Of a DNA stretch of 46,974 nucleotides, positions 1 through 8,426 are shown piece after piece (the stretch's first letter is position 1; every line of letters starts with the position of its first letter). The translations under genes and the position numbers were made by a program. This DNA is from Acutalibacteraceae bacterium (GTDB taxonomy: Bacteria; Bacillota; Clostridia; Oscillospirales; Acutalibacteraceae): positions 1 to 46,974 of the forward strand of contig JAZSGK010000023.1 in assembly GCA_045532695.1 (NCBI GenBank), read 5' to 3'. Under the pieces are notes generated by a model. It saw nothing but the letters and a program-made list of their open reading frames with translations, was not told the origin of the DNA and searched no databases.

Positions 1-891
1 GCAGTTGAGCTCGATAAAATCAAGGTCATTGAGCTTTTCATCTTCAAGCTCTTCGAGTACATTGATAACATTCTCTATACCGTCTGCAGCAAGATATCTT
101 TCCTTGAGAAGTCCTGCCGCCTCACCGCCGCTGCTTGCCCAACCGACACCTATAATACCCGAATCGTTAAGGCTTTCAATCTCCTCAGAAGTCAGCTTAT
201 CCATAGTCTGCACTAAAACGGGATATATATCCTTTATGGCAATAGCTCCGTTTATGCCGTAGTTTTCGTGGCACAAGGGATTGCTTATCGCTGTTCTTTT
301 CGCCGGGCAGGGACTTATAAAGAATACGCCGATTTCCTCATCGGTATAGTTGGTCTTCTTCTTCGCCTGAATTCTTGCAATTTTTGCCGCAAGGTCAATT
401 GGTGCACAGGTAGGAAGCAGATTGCCCAAAAGGTTAGGGAATCTTGTTCTTACGAGTCTTACAACAGCAGGACATGCAGAGGATATAACGGGCTTTCTGA
501 GCTCTCCGCTTTCGAACATTTCTCTTGTTGCCGAGCTTAAAAGCTCCGCACCCTTTGACACCTCAACAACATCGTCGAATCCCATTTTCTTAAGGCCTGT
601 CAGCACATAGTCAACATTTTCAAGATTGTTGAACTGACCGTAAAGGGCCGGTGCAGGAAGTGCAATTCTGTATTTATAGTTAATCAGCTCATTGAAGCTT
701 TCGCTTACTGCATATTTAGCGTGATGAGGGCAGACTCTGATACATTCACCGCAGTCAATACATCTGTCCGATATGATATATGCTTTTTTGTTTCTTACTC
801 TTATTGCCTCTGTGGGGCAACGCTTAATACAGTTGGTACAGCCCTGACATTTATCAGCATCAAGGCGCACCGAATGAAATACTATAGCCAT
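1..891 (-). CDS. [FeFe]-hydrogenase-like protein, N-terminal 297 codons (3' end lies outside the window); putative sensory type
   Basis: Not in the ORF track because it runs off the window edge. Hand translation from ATG 891 (RBS GGTGGAGAA at 892-900) gives MAIVFHSVRLDADKCQGCTNCIKRCPTEAIRV..DRCIDCGECIRVCPHH, which contains two CxxCxxCxxxCP ferredoxin motifs. These are followed by ISSACPAVV and FISPCPAKR, resembling the H-cluster L1/L2 motifs. The frame is open through position 1. Confidence 0.8.
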   Translation of the reverse strand, partial: MAIVFHSVRLDADKCQGCTNCIKRCPTEAIRVRNKKAYIISDRCIDCGECIRVCPHHAKYAVSESFNELINYKYRIALPAPALYGQFNNLENVDYVLTGLKKMGFDDVVEVSKGAELLSSATREMFESGELRKPVISSACPAVVRLVRTRFPNLLGNLLPTCAPIDLAAKIARIQAKKKTNYTDEEIGVFFISPCPAKRTAISNPLCHENYGINGAIAIKDIYPVLVQTMDKLTSEEIESLNDSGIIGVGWASSGGEAAGLLKERYLAADGIENVINVLEELEDEKLNDLDFIELNC

Positions 892-923
892 TTCTCCACC
901 TTCTTTCTTCGAGGATAGCTATA

Positions 924-1346
924 TCAGATGTTTACCTTCAATATTAATTTTGTACCTACACCTACCTGAGTTTCAATTCTGAAATCGTCGGTGTACTTTT
1001 TGATGTTGGGCAGACCCATACCTGCACCGAAGCCGAGAGAGCGTATGTTGTCAGGAGCTGTTGAATATCCCTCTTTCATAGCAAGTTCTACGTTTTCGAT
1101 ACCCGGACCATGGTCTTCAAGCACCATATTTATATCGTTTTCCGTTATTTCTACATCTATTTCTCCGCCGCCTGCATGAATTACCATATTAATTTCACCT
1201 TCATACATGGCAATGGCAACATTCCTGATAGCCTCAGGTGATACTCCAAGCTGTTTGAGAGTACGCTTTACATCACTTGAAGCAGCGCCTGCTCTTGTAA
1301 AATCTGTACCCGAAACATCGTAATGAAGTTTAATGCTGTCACTCAT
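924..1346 (-). CDS. HATPase_c-type ATP-binding protein (anti-sigma-factor/serine kinase-like)
   Basis: 140-aa ORF with an EDHGPGI..G-box-like LGFGAGMGLPN signature of GHKL ATPases. Its ATG overlaps the stop of the upstream DRTGG gene (ATGA at 1346). Confidence 0.8.
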   Translation of the reverse strand: MSDSIKLHYDVSGTDFTRAGAASSDVKRTLKQLGVSPEAIRNVAIAMYEGEINMVIHAGGGEIDVEITENDINMVLEDHGPGIENVELAMKEGYSTAPDNIRSLGFGAGMGLPNIKKYTDDFRIETQVGVGTKLILKVNI

Positions 1347-1696
1347 TATTTCCCGCTGCCTCCTCTCAGTCCCGCTGAGTAAAGCTTACCGCAAGCGGTG
1401 AACATTTCAAGGTCGGTGCAAAGCATAACCATATCTCTGTCTTCGGCCATTTCAATCATTTCAAGATTGGGACGCTTGCCTCTTACAAAAACTATGCAGT
1501 GCATATCCATCATTTCGGCAGTACGTACTACCTGCGGGTTTACAAGGCCCGTAAGAAGCACAGCCTGCTCTTTTACAAAAGCGAGCACATCGCTCATCAT
1601 ATCGCTGCCGCAAGCGGCAACTACAGGAGTTTCAAGAAGGTCGGTTCTGCAGATGATTTCAGCACCGAGAATTTCTTTAATGTCATTAACGTTCAT
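1346..1696 (-). CDS. DRTGG domain protein
   Basis: The ORF track start at 1708 is TTG. ATG 1696 is preceded by GGAGGA. The sequence VLLTGLVNPQVVRTAEMM..CIVFVRGK resembles DRTGG-domain proteins found in hydrogenase-associated operons. Confidence 0.75.
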   Translation of the reverse strand: MNVNDIKEILGAEIICRTDLLETPVVAACGSDMMSDVLAFVKEQAVLLTGLVNPQVVRTAEMMDMHCIVFVRGKRPNLEMIEMAEDRDMVMLCTDLEMFTACGKLYSAGLRGGSGK

Positions 1697-1768
1697 ATTG
1701 TCCTCCAAAATATAATTTCAATTTTTATACATAAAGCGGACATTACAATGCCCGCTCACTTTACAAAA

Positions 1769-2353
1769 TTATTTATCTTCAACCTCTTTGATGTCGGCTT
1801 TTTCGATTTCTTTTTCAATTATATCAACTGCTATATTCCATACAGTTTTACCTGCAAGCACAAAGCTGTCTTTATTCTTTACCGAACACAGCATAGCAAA
1901 GGCTTCGCCGATGTTTGCAGAAATATCTCCGCCCTTCTGTATGGCAAGATAGTAAAAAGTGAATGCAGCGCCGTTTGCTATGTTGCTGTAAAAGCCGGGC
2001 ATATCCTTTTCCATCACATCATACATAGAAGCAATTGCCGTTGTAGAAAGAAGCTCTGTAGGAAGCTCGATCTGAAGAAGAGTCTCACAGGCGAAAACAA
2101 GAAGAACTCTTATCTGATAAAGAATATCCTGAACAAAGAATTTGGGCGAAAGATGATCCTTAAGATTTACAAAGATACCGTCTCCGTCACCTGTCGGTGC
2201 TATAGTTGCAAGAACTGCACCGAGTTTTCTTGCCTTATCGATATTTCCGTTGGCTCTCTGACGCATAACCGCATCAAAATTGCCCGAAAACTCCGAGGCG
2301 TTCTTATTCATTTCTTTTTTACTGACATAAATTCTTACATCGTTTTCACTCAT
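1769..2353 (-). CDS. hypothetical protein (operon member, no recognisable domain)
   Basis: ORF 1769..2368. The ATG at 2353 has GGAG 9 nt upstream, while ATG 2368 has no RBS, so the start is uncertain by 15 nt. Same strand as the PHP and DRTGG genes and tightly packed with them. Confidence 0.6.
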   Translation of the reverse strand: MSENDVRIYVSKKEMNKNASEFSGNFDAVMRQRANGNIDKARKLGAVLATIAPTGDGDGIFVNLKDHLSPKFFVQDILYQIRVLLVFACETLLQIELPTELLSTTAIASMYDVMEKDMPGFYSNIANGAAFTFYYLAIQKGGDISANIGEAFAMLCSVKNKDSFVLAGKTVWNIAVDIIEKEIEKADIKEVEDK

Positions 2354-2373
2354 AAGGTATAACTCCATTTATC

Positions 2374-3249
2374 TTATTTTGCTTCAGCCGTAGCAGCCTG
2401 TCTCTTGAGCTTTCTGCGTTTTTTCGCTTTGTAGGAAAGAAGCTGAGCCACATTTGCTTCATCAGGGCCGTACTCACCGAGCTTTACAGGGTACGCATTG
2501 TATGCGCCGTGGAAATCACTGCCGCCTGTCATAAGAAGGTCATGCTTCTTTGCTGTAGCAATAAGCATTTCCTGCTGCTCAGGATTGTTTTCCGGGTGCC
2601 ACACCTCTACGCCGTCAAGGCCTAAAGGAATAAGCTCTTCTAAAAGCTCAAAATTATTATAGAAGCCCGGATGCGCAAGCACGGCAATACCGCCTGCCTC
2701 GTGGATAGCTTCGATAATTTCTGCAGGCTCAGGATATTTAACGCCCATAAGTATATTCATTCTTGACTCTTTTGTGAAAAGTCTGTTATACAAATCACCG
2801 AAGATGGTTGTTGTATATCCGCACTCCATAAGTGCCTGCATAATATGCTGTTTATATATATTTGTTGAGCCTGTCGCACATTTCATAATAAGCTCAGGGG
2901 TAACAGGGAATTTACTTGCAACCTTCGCTACCATAATTCTTGCAGCTCTTTTTCTCTTTTCGGAATTGCTCTTGCAAAGGCCCTCAAGTCTTTCCGGCTT
3001 ATCCGGAAGATAGCAAAGTATATGTGCCTTTGAGCCTCTCTTACTGTCTGTAGCTGAAAATTCAACAGCAGGTATCACTGTTATACCGTGTCTTTCACCT
3101 ATGATTGTTGCTCTTACTGTGCCAGCAAGACAGTCATGGTCAGTGATTGCAAGAGTAGTAACACCGCTGTTTTTGGCAAGAATAATGATATCATCGATAC
3201 CCAAGGTACCGTCTGAAAGTTTCGTGTGACAATGTAAATCTGCTTTCAA
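2374..3249 (-). CDS. PHP-domain metal-dependent phosphoesterase
   Basis: The N-terminus (M)KADLHCHTKLSDG..AITDHD is the PHP His motif, and GGSDFHG lies near the C-terminus. TTG start at 3249 is preceded by GGGGAG. Confidence 0.85.
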   Translation of the reverse strand: MKADLHCHTKLSDGTLGIDDIIILAKNSGVTTLAITDHDCLAGTVRATIIGERHGITVIPAVEFSATDSKRGSKAHILCYLPDKPERLEGLCKSNSEKRKRAARIMVAKVASKFPVTPELIMKCATGSTNIYKQHIMQALMECGYTTTIFGDLYNRLFTKESRMNILMGVKYPEPAEIIEAIHEAGGIAVLAHPGFYNNFELLEELIPLGLDGVEVWHPENNPEQQEMLIATAKKHDLLMTGGSDFHGAYNAYPVKLGEYGPDEANVAQLLSYKAKKRRKLKRQAATAEAK

Positions 3250-3360
3250 AATAACTCCCCATTCCTTTGTTTTATTAACCTTTTACAGGTAAAATTCTTT
3301 GTCAGGTTTTGCTTTTACCCTAAAAAAGGTTAAAGTACCGCAATGTTAAAATCATATATT

Positions 3361-3389
3361 ATTATACTCTGATTTTTCAGGTTTTTCAA
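3361..3389 (-). promoter_or_regulatory. sigmaA-type promoter for the PHP/DRTGG/HATPase/hydrogenase-like operon
   Basis: Minus strand reads TTGAAA (3384-3389), a 17-nt spacer, then TATAAT (3361-3366). Confidence 0.45.
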
Positions 3390-3445
3390 GGGAATTTTTC
3401 GCAAATATTGCAGATTTTTTCAAAGTTTTTTCAGCACTTTAAACA

Positions 3446-4162
3446 TTACCACTGTGAATTGTCACTTAAAATTCTCAATAAAACATTTACAAGAAGCTCT
3501 GTAAGGCAGGCTTCCTGTCTGTTATTCATCTCTCTGTAATCCTCGACAGAAGCGTCATCGGCATCGTCGCTTATCTTACGAAGAGACAGCATAGGCACAC
3601 CGCACTTGTCGCACACACCTGCAATCGCCGCTGTTTCCATATCGAAGGACTCGATACCGAAAGTGTCTCTGTAAAGCTCCTTCTTAACCTTATCTGTAAG
3701 GAATATGTCTCCTGTACCCGCCTTAGCCTTGATTATACCCTCACTCATAAGAGCATAGGACATAAGCTTTTCATCGGCGGAGTAAATATATTTCTGTCCG
3801 TCAGCTTTGACACCCAAAGGCTTTCCGATAGCTGTAAGGTCATAGTCACACTCTACATAAGTTTCTACCGCAATCATATCTTCTCTTCTGAGCTTCTGCA
3901 CTGCACCTGAAAGGCCAGCATTGAGAATAATATCAGCCTTATCCTCACCTATTAAAAACGCTGTTGCCGAAGCGGCGTTGACTTTACCGATACCGCATCT
4001 GACACCGATAATTTCAAGAGTTCTTTCGCCCTCGGTAATTGTAAGACTGCAGGAATCATTACCTCGTCTTGTGCTTTCAGCACAGCCTTTCTCCTTTGCC
4101 CATTGTAAAAAAGGTCCGTATTCCATAGTATCCGCAAAAAGTATGCCTACTGTTTTTTTCAT
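3446..4162 (-). CDS. MTA/SAH nucleosidase family protein (Pfs/MtnN-like, PNP_UDP_1 fold)
   Basis: CGIGKVNAASATAFLI..ADIILNAGLSGAV parallels SGIGKVAAA..DVIINTGSAGG of E. coli Pfs. Start set to ATG 4162 (MKKTVGIL), which has AAAGGA upstream. Confidence 0.75.
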   Translation of the reverse strand: MKKTVGILFADTMEYGPFLQWAKEKGCAESTRRGNDSCSLTITEGERTLEIIGVRCGIGKVNAASATAFLIGEDKADIILNAGLSGAVQKLRREDMIAVETYVECDYDLTAIGKPLGVKADGQKYIYSADEKLMSYALMSEGIIKAKAGTGDIFLTDKVKKELYRDTFGIESFDMETAAIAGVCDKCGVPMLSLRKISDDADDASVEDYREMNNRQEACLTELLVNVLLRILSDNSQW

Positions 4163-4249
4163 AATTAAAATCCTTTCTGTGTAATTTCTTTTATTTTTTC
4201 TTCTTATGAGAAACAAAAAAACTTTTATCTCTCAACAACCTTGTTTTTA

Positions 4250-4279
4250 ATTATATCCTATTGAATCCCTCAATGTCAA
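4250..4279 (-). promoter_or_regulatory. sigmaA-type promoter upstream of the nucleosidase gene
   Basis: Minus strand reads TTGACA (4274-4279), an 18-nt spacer, then TATAAT (4250-4255). Confidence 0.45.
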
Positions 4280-4412
4280 TGTCGGCCTTTAAGCATAAAA
4301 TAAAAATGTGAGCGAAATTTCGCTTTACTGCAAAAGGCAACCGGTGGGTCAGACTTTTTCTCAATAGCTCCCCCCTTGAACAGCCGGTTTATATCCTTTG
4401 CAGTTACTATAC

Positions 4413-4440
4413 CGAAGCTGCATATTATTGCAGCTTCGGA
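4413..4440. other. perfect 11-bp stem hairpin (CCGAAGCTGCA tattat TGCAGCTTCGG)
   Basis: Read directly from the sequence. It lies in a 430-nt intergenic region next to further nested complementarity (see findings). Confidence 0.7.
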
Positions 4441-4594
4441 AGAAGCCTGTCTTCTTTTGTGAAATGTATGTGTTAACAGATTAAATAAAAAATAAAAATT
4501 TCCTAAACCTGCTTAAAATTGCCTTAAAACTGTTGCATATTACTTTATTTTTTGGTATAATTCCCTTACCAAATAACAAAGGAGGAAAAAAGCT

Positions 4595-4912
4595 ATGAAA
4601 AAGATTTTAAGCGTAGTTTTAGTTCTTGTTCTTATGATGTCGGTTGCCCTCGTTGCTTCAGCAACAGACGGTGCATTAGGAAACGCAGGCACAGAGGCTG
4701 TATTCCCCGAAGCACCTGAAATGCCTTCAATCGATACTATCTTCAATGCTGTATCTGATTTCCTTAAGCTCGAAGCTTTTGCACCTTACATTTCAGGTTT
4801 CCATGAAGCTCTCGGCGGTTTCTACATACAGCTTGACTTATGGCTCAGAGCACTCGGCGTTGTTCTCAACGGTGCTATCGGTGGACTCCTGAACAGCGGT
4901 ATTTTCGGTTAA
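4595..4912 (+). CDS. small secreted protein, Gly-rich hydrophobic C-terminus
   Basis: AAGGAGG RBS 8 nt upstream of the ATG. Sec-type signal peptide MKKILSVVLVLVLMMSVALVASA. A strong terminator follows. Confidence 0.7.
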   Translation: MKKILSVVLVLVLMMSVALVASATDGALGNAGTEAVFPEAPEMPSIDTIFNAVSDFLKLEAFAPYISGFHEALGGFYIQLDLWLRALGVVLNGAIGGLLNSGIFG

Positions 4913-4933
4913 TATTACATACTGCAAATCTTA

Positions 4934-4967
4934 TTCGCTAATACCCAGTGTATTAGCGAATTTTTTT
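4934..4967 (+). terminator. intrinsic terminator
   Basis: 11-bp stem TTCGCTAATAC/GTATTAGCGAA with a 5-nt loop, followed by T7. Confidence 0.8.
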
Positions 4968-4992
4968 GAGCACTAACCAAAGAGGGGATTCT

Positions 4993-6381
4993 ATGAAATT
5001 TAAAGAAACTATAAAAATATCTTCACCTTATTTTAAGAGAATGGTCTTCATCGCCATTCCCATAATGATACAAAACGGTATAACTAATTTTGTCAGTATG
5101 CTGGATAACATTATGGTCGGCAGAGTCGGAACATTACAGATGACGGGTGTTTCCATAGTCAATCAGCTCATTTTCGTTTTCGGCCTTTGCATATTCGGCG
5201 CAATGTCCGGTGCCGGTATTTTCACAGCTCAGTTTTACGGCAAAAAAGACAAAGACGGCATCCGTTCAACCCTGCAGTATAAACTGGCAGCCAGTCTCCT
5301 TCTTGCAGTGGCGGGCACAGTGATATTTACCCTTGCAGGTGAAACGCTGATTTCCTTCTACCTTCAGGGCGAGGGTTCTCCCGAAGATGTTGCTGCTGTT
5401 ATGAATTACAGCAAAAGCTATCTCAGGATAATGATTGTCGGCACAGTGCCCTTTGCACTTTCTCAGGCTTATGCAAGCACCATGAGAGAAACAAGCGACA
5501 GACTCACTCCCATGGTCGCAACTGTATCCGCAGTATTGGTCAATCTCATATTCAATTACCTTCTTATTTTCGGTAAGTTCGGTTTTCCCGAGCTCGGAGT
5601 TGACGGTGCAGCTATAGCAACAACTCTTTCGAGATTTGTCGAGCTCGGAATACTCGTAATAAGAGCCCACACCAACAAAAAGAAATACAACTTCATTCCC
5701 GGACTTTTCACAAAATTCACTATCACAAAAGCCCAGGTATGGAAAATCACTCTTGTCACCATTCCTCTTCTTCTCAACGAAACTCTCTGGGCTGCAGGTA
5801 TAGCTGTTCTTAACCAGTGTTATTCCATAAGAGGTCTTGATGTTGTTGCGGCAATCAATATTGTCTCCACTCTCAGCAATGTTTTCAACGTAGCCTTTAT
5901 AGCTTTCGGTCACGCTACAGGCATAATTCTCAGTCAGATGCTCGGAGCAAACGAAAAGAAACAGGCAAAATTTGCCGCCCCCAAGCTTTTTGCTTTTTCG
6001 TTCTTTACGGTTATACTCATTTCTTTATTTATGATGGTTGTTGCACAGTTTTTCCCGAAAATATACAACACTGACGATACCGTAAGAAACATTGCTACAT
6101 CTCTGATAACTGTCGCAGCGATTTTTATGCCTGTGCAAGCAGGCACCAACGCCGGATATTTCACCCTTCGCTCCGGCGGAAAGACTCTTATAACTTTTCT
6201 CTTCGACTGTGGATTCGTGTGGATAATAAATATTCCTCTGGCTTTTGTTCTCAGCCGTTTTACCGATATGGGAATCATTTACCTTTACGCTTGTGTTCTC
6301 AGCACCGACGTAGTCAAATGTATTCTCAGCTTCATACTTGTTAAAAAGGGCGTCTGGCTGAACAATGTTGTCGATGATTGA
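4993..6381 (+). CDS. MATE family efflux transporter
   Basis: 12-TM-like protein with the typical MATE N-terminus (FKRMVFIAIPIMIQNGITNFVSMLDNIMVGRVG). The track start 4966 is TTG. ATG 4993 follows AGAGGGGA. Confidence 0.9.
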   Translation: MKFKETIKISSPYFKRMVFIAIPIMIQNGITNFVSMLDNIMVGRVGTLQMTGVSIVNQLIFVFGLCIFGAMSGAGIFTAQFYGKKDKDGIRSTLQYKLAASLLLAVAGTVIFTLAGETLISFYLQGEGSPEDVAAVMNYSKSYLRIMIVGTVPFALSQAYASTMRETSDRLTPMVATVSAVLVNLIFNYLLIFGKFGFPELGVDGAAIATTLSRFVELGILVIRAHTNKKKYNFIPGLFTKFTITKAQVWKITLVTIPLLLNETLWAAGIAVLNQCYSIRGLDVVAAINIVSTLSNVFNVAFIAFGHATGIILSQMLGANEKKQAKFAAPKLFAFSFFTVILISLFMMVVAQFFPKIYNTDDTVRNIATSLITVAAIFMPVQAGTNAGYFTLRSGGKTLITFLFDCGFVWIINIPLAFVLSRFTDMGIIYLYACVLSTDVVKCILSFILVKKGVWLNNVVDD

Positions 6382-6447
6382 CAGCACTTGAAAAGCACTG
6401 CGATTTATGATATAATCCTTTCATAACTATTTAGGAGAAATAATAAA

Positions 6448-6822
6448 ATGAAGATACAGCAATCCGCAGAAAATTATCTCGAAACCATATTGATGCTTTC
6501 TCAGAAAAGCGGCAGTGTACGCTCAATAGATATTGCAAATGAATTAGGATTTTCAAAACCCAGCGTAAGCATCGCTATGAAAAATCTCCGTGAAAACGGC
6601 TATATAGATGTTATGGGTGACGGCAGCATCGTTCTTCTGCCTCCCGGAAAGGAAATAGCCGAAAGACTTTATATGAGACATACGGTACTAACAGAGTGCT
6701 TTACTCTTTTGGGCGTATCAAAAGAAACCGCTACAGAGGACGCCTGCAAAATCGAACACATACTTTCCGAAGAAAGCTTTAACGCTATAAAAAATCATTT
6801 AAGCAAATTCAGAGACAAATAA
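6448..6822 (+). CDS. DtxR/MntR-family metal-dependent transcriptional regulator (short form)
   Basis: SAENYLETILML..SIDIANELGFSKPSVSIAMKNLRENGYI is the DtxR-type wHTH. AGGAG RBS. Confidence 0.85.
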   Translation: MKIQQSAENYLETILMLSQKSGSVRSIDIANELGFSKPSVSIAMKNLRENGYIDVMGDGSIVLLPPGKEIAERLYMRHTVLTECFTLLGVSKETATEDACKIEHILSEESFNAIKNHLSKFRDK

Positions 6823-6825
6823 TAA

Positions 6826-6862
6826 CAGCTGTACCGATTATAGTCGGTACAGCTGATTTTTT
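6826..6862. terminator. bidirectional intrinsic terminator between convergent genes
   Basis: 12-bp stem CAGCTGTACCGA/TCGGTACAGCTG followed by a T-run. Confidence 0.8.
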
Positions 6863-6870
6863 ATCATATA

Positions 6871-8289
6871 TCAGTTTTCACCTTTGAGCTGTTTAGCAAG
6901 CTTCTTGCCGTGCTCTCTCATTTCGAGCACGAAATCTCCCTTAGGCTCATAGAACATACCTCGCTTTGACATAAAGCGGTATTCACCCTCTTTTAAGAGC
7001 ATAATCACAAAGCCGCCTATTATTGCGCAGCCGATTATAATCGCAAAGAGCGGCAGTCTGCAGGTAAGCCAATCACCCGAACGAAGAGGAAGAGTGAAGC
7101 TCATATAGATTTCGCCTCTTTGGAAAAGCTCAGCAAAGGTATATGATACGTTCCCGTATGTATAGTTTCCTGTTGCGTACACAGGAAGCGAGCCGTCGGT
7201 ATAAGCAGTATTGACAATACCGAAAAGTGCTGTCAGCACTCCGCCTACAGCTGAGCCCGCCATAAGCCCGGGAATTACCGTAAAGGGACTTCTGCAGGCA
7301 AGGGGCATCGAGAATGCCGTTGTAAGCTTGATGTTTTCAAAAATCGCATTGATGGGACCTGAGGTTGCGAAGTTCATATCGTCGGTATCGGTCTTACCTT
7401 TTTTGAATATCTTGCAAAGAAGAATACCGAAGAATGATGTCCAGCCTGTTGCAATGAAGCAGACGCTGTAAATTGTAATAAGCTGAGCATTACCTGTTGT
7501 AAGATAAGCTGTTGTTGCTACGGAGAATGCCGCAAGAGATACGGGACCGATAAGGTCAAAACCCACCATAAGACCCATAACAAGAGCTGCAAGGACAACA
7601 TTATTTTCCGCCATAGCAGTAAGTGTGTTACCGAGAGACTCAGCAATAGCCGCAAAGGGAAGCTGTATACCGTACTTGACAATCATAAAGGTAGTTGCCG
7701 CCGATGCTACGGGGATAATAAGAATCATAACAATAAGGTCAACACCTTCGATAATTTCAAGACCTTTAACAGTATCGGGAACAGCTTTTATTTTTCTGAG
7801 AAGCTTATCAATCTTGCTGCCGATTACAGGCTTCAGATCTGACCAGCCTGCATAGAGAAGCTTTATGAGAAGTGCAAGCATTACCGCCATAATAAGATAT
7901 CCCATATAACCTATGGAAGTTGCTTTCTCATAGTTTTCGGGAGTTGCGAAGAAGCACACATATGTGTTTACAGCATCCGGGGGAGCCGAGGTAAAGTGAG
8001 CAAAATAAAGTGACAGTGCCAATGCAGGTGCAACACCCGGGAGGCCTGCTATAAGATAAGACACCAGCACGGCTAACACTACAAAGAAGAAGTCCGTTGC
8101 CCAGAAAAGTATAAACCAGAGTGTCGGTTCATTTTCTGCTCCTGTCCAGCCTAAAATGTGATAGGACTGAACGATGTTCTGCACAAAGAAGAAAAAGCCT
8201 GCACCGAGAGCACCAAAAAGCTGAACTATAAATATAATCGATGTGGCACGGTAGATTTTCTCTTTTGTGTCCAAATAAAGTTTTTTCAT
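6871..8289 (-). CDS. PTS EIIC-like (fructose-type) integral membrane protein, orphan
   Basis: Polytopic membrane protein. The C-terminal segment PFTVIPGLMAGSAVGGVLTALFG resembles the EIIC-Fru region that follows GITEGAIPF. Start set to ATG 8289 (MKKLYLD), which has AAGGAGAGAG upstream. The function call is tentative. Confidence 0.6.
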   Translation of the reverse strand: MKKLYLDTKEKIYRATSIIFIVQLFGALGAGFFFFVQNIVQSYHILGWTGAENEPTLWFILFWATDFFFVVLAVLVSYLIAGLPGVAPALALSLYFAHFTSAPPDAVNTYVCFFATPENYEKATSIGYMGYLIMAVMLALLIKLLYAGWSDLKPVIGSKIDKLLRKIKAVPDTVKGLEIIEGVDLIVMILIIPVASAATTFMIVKYGIQLPFAAIAESLGNTLTAMAENNVVLAALVMGLMVGFDLIGPVSLAAFSVATTAYLTTGNAQLITIYSVCFIATGWTSFFGILLCKIFKKGKTDTDDMNFATSGPINAIFENIKLTTAFSMPLACRSPFTVIPGLMAGSAVGGVLTALFGIVNTAYTDGSLPVYATGNYTYGNVSYTFAELFQRGEIYMSFTLPLRSGDWLTCRLPLFAIIIGCAIIGGFVIMLLKEGEYRFMSKRGMFYEPKGDFVLEMREHGKKLAKQLKGEN

Positions 8290-8426
8290 ATTCTCTCTCC
8301 TTTTTAAGACAAATTTTTCCTTTTGTCTGTTATTCACATTATAATACCAAAAGTGCATACAAGTCAATGAACTATAAGTAAAGAAGCAGGCGTAAGGTGT
8401 ATATTTCACCAAAGCCTGCTATAATT

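Noticed and set aside
5-262. Plus-strand 85-aa ORF with a poly-Ser run (SSSSSSST)
   Set aside because: It lies antisense to the hand-translated hydrogenase-like CDS (1-891, minus). That CDS has clear ferredoxin and H-cluster-like motifs and an RBS. The Ser-rich product is a shadow-ORF artefact.
1499-2362. 287-aa plus-strand ORF. Similar long antisense ORFs occur at 18708-19583, 5266-5913, 36163-36564 and 39770-40162.
   Set aside because: Each is fully embedded antisense to a gene with recognisable domains and an RBS. Their products are Cys/Phe/Lys/Arg-rich with no motifs, which is typical of shadow frames in AT-rich genomes.
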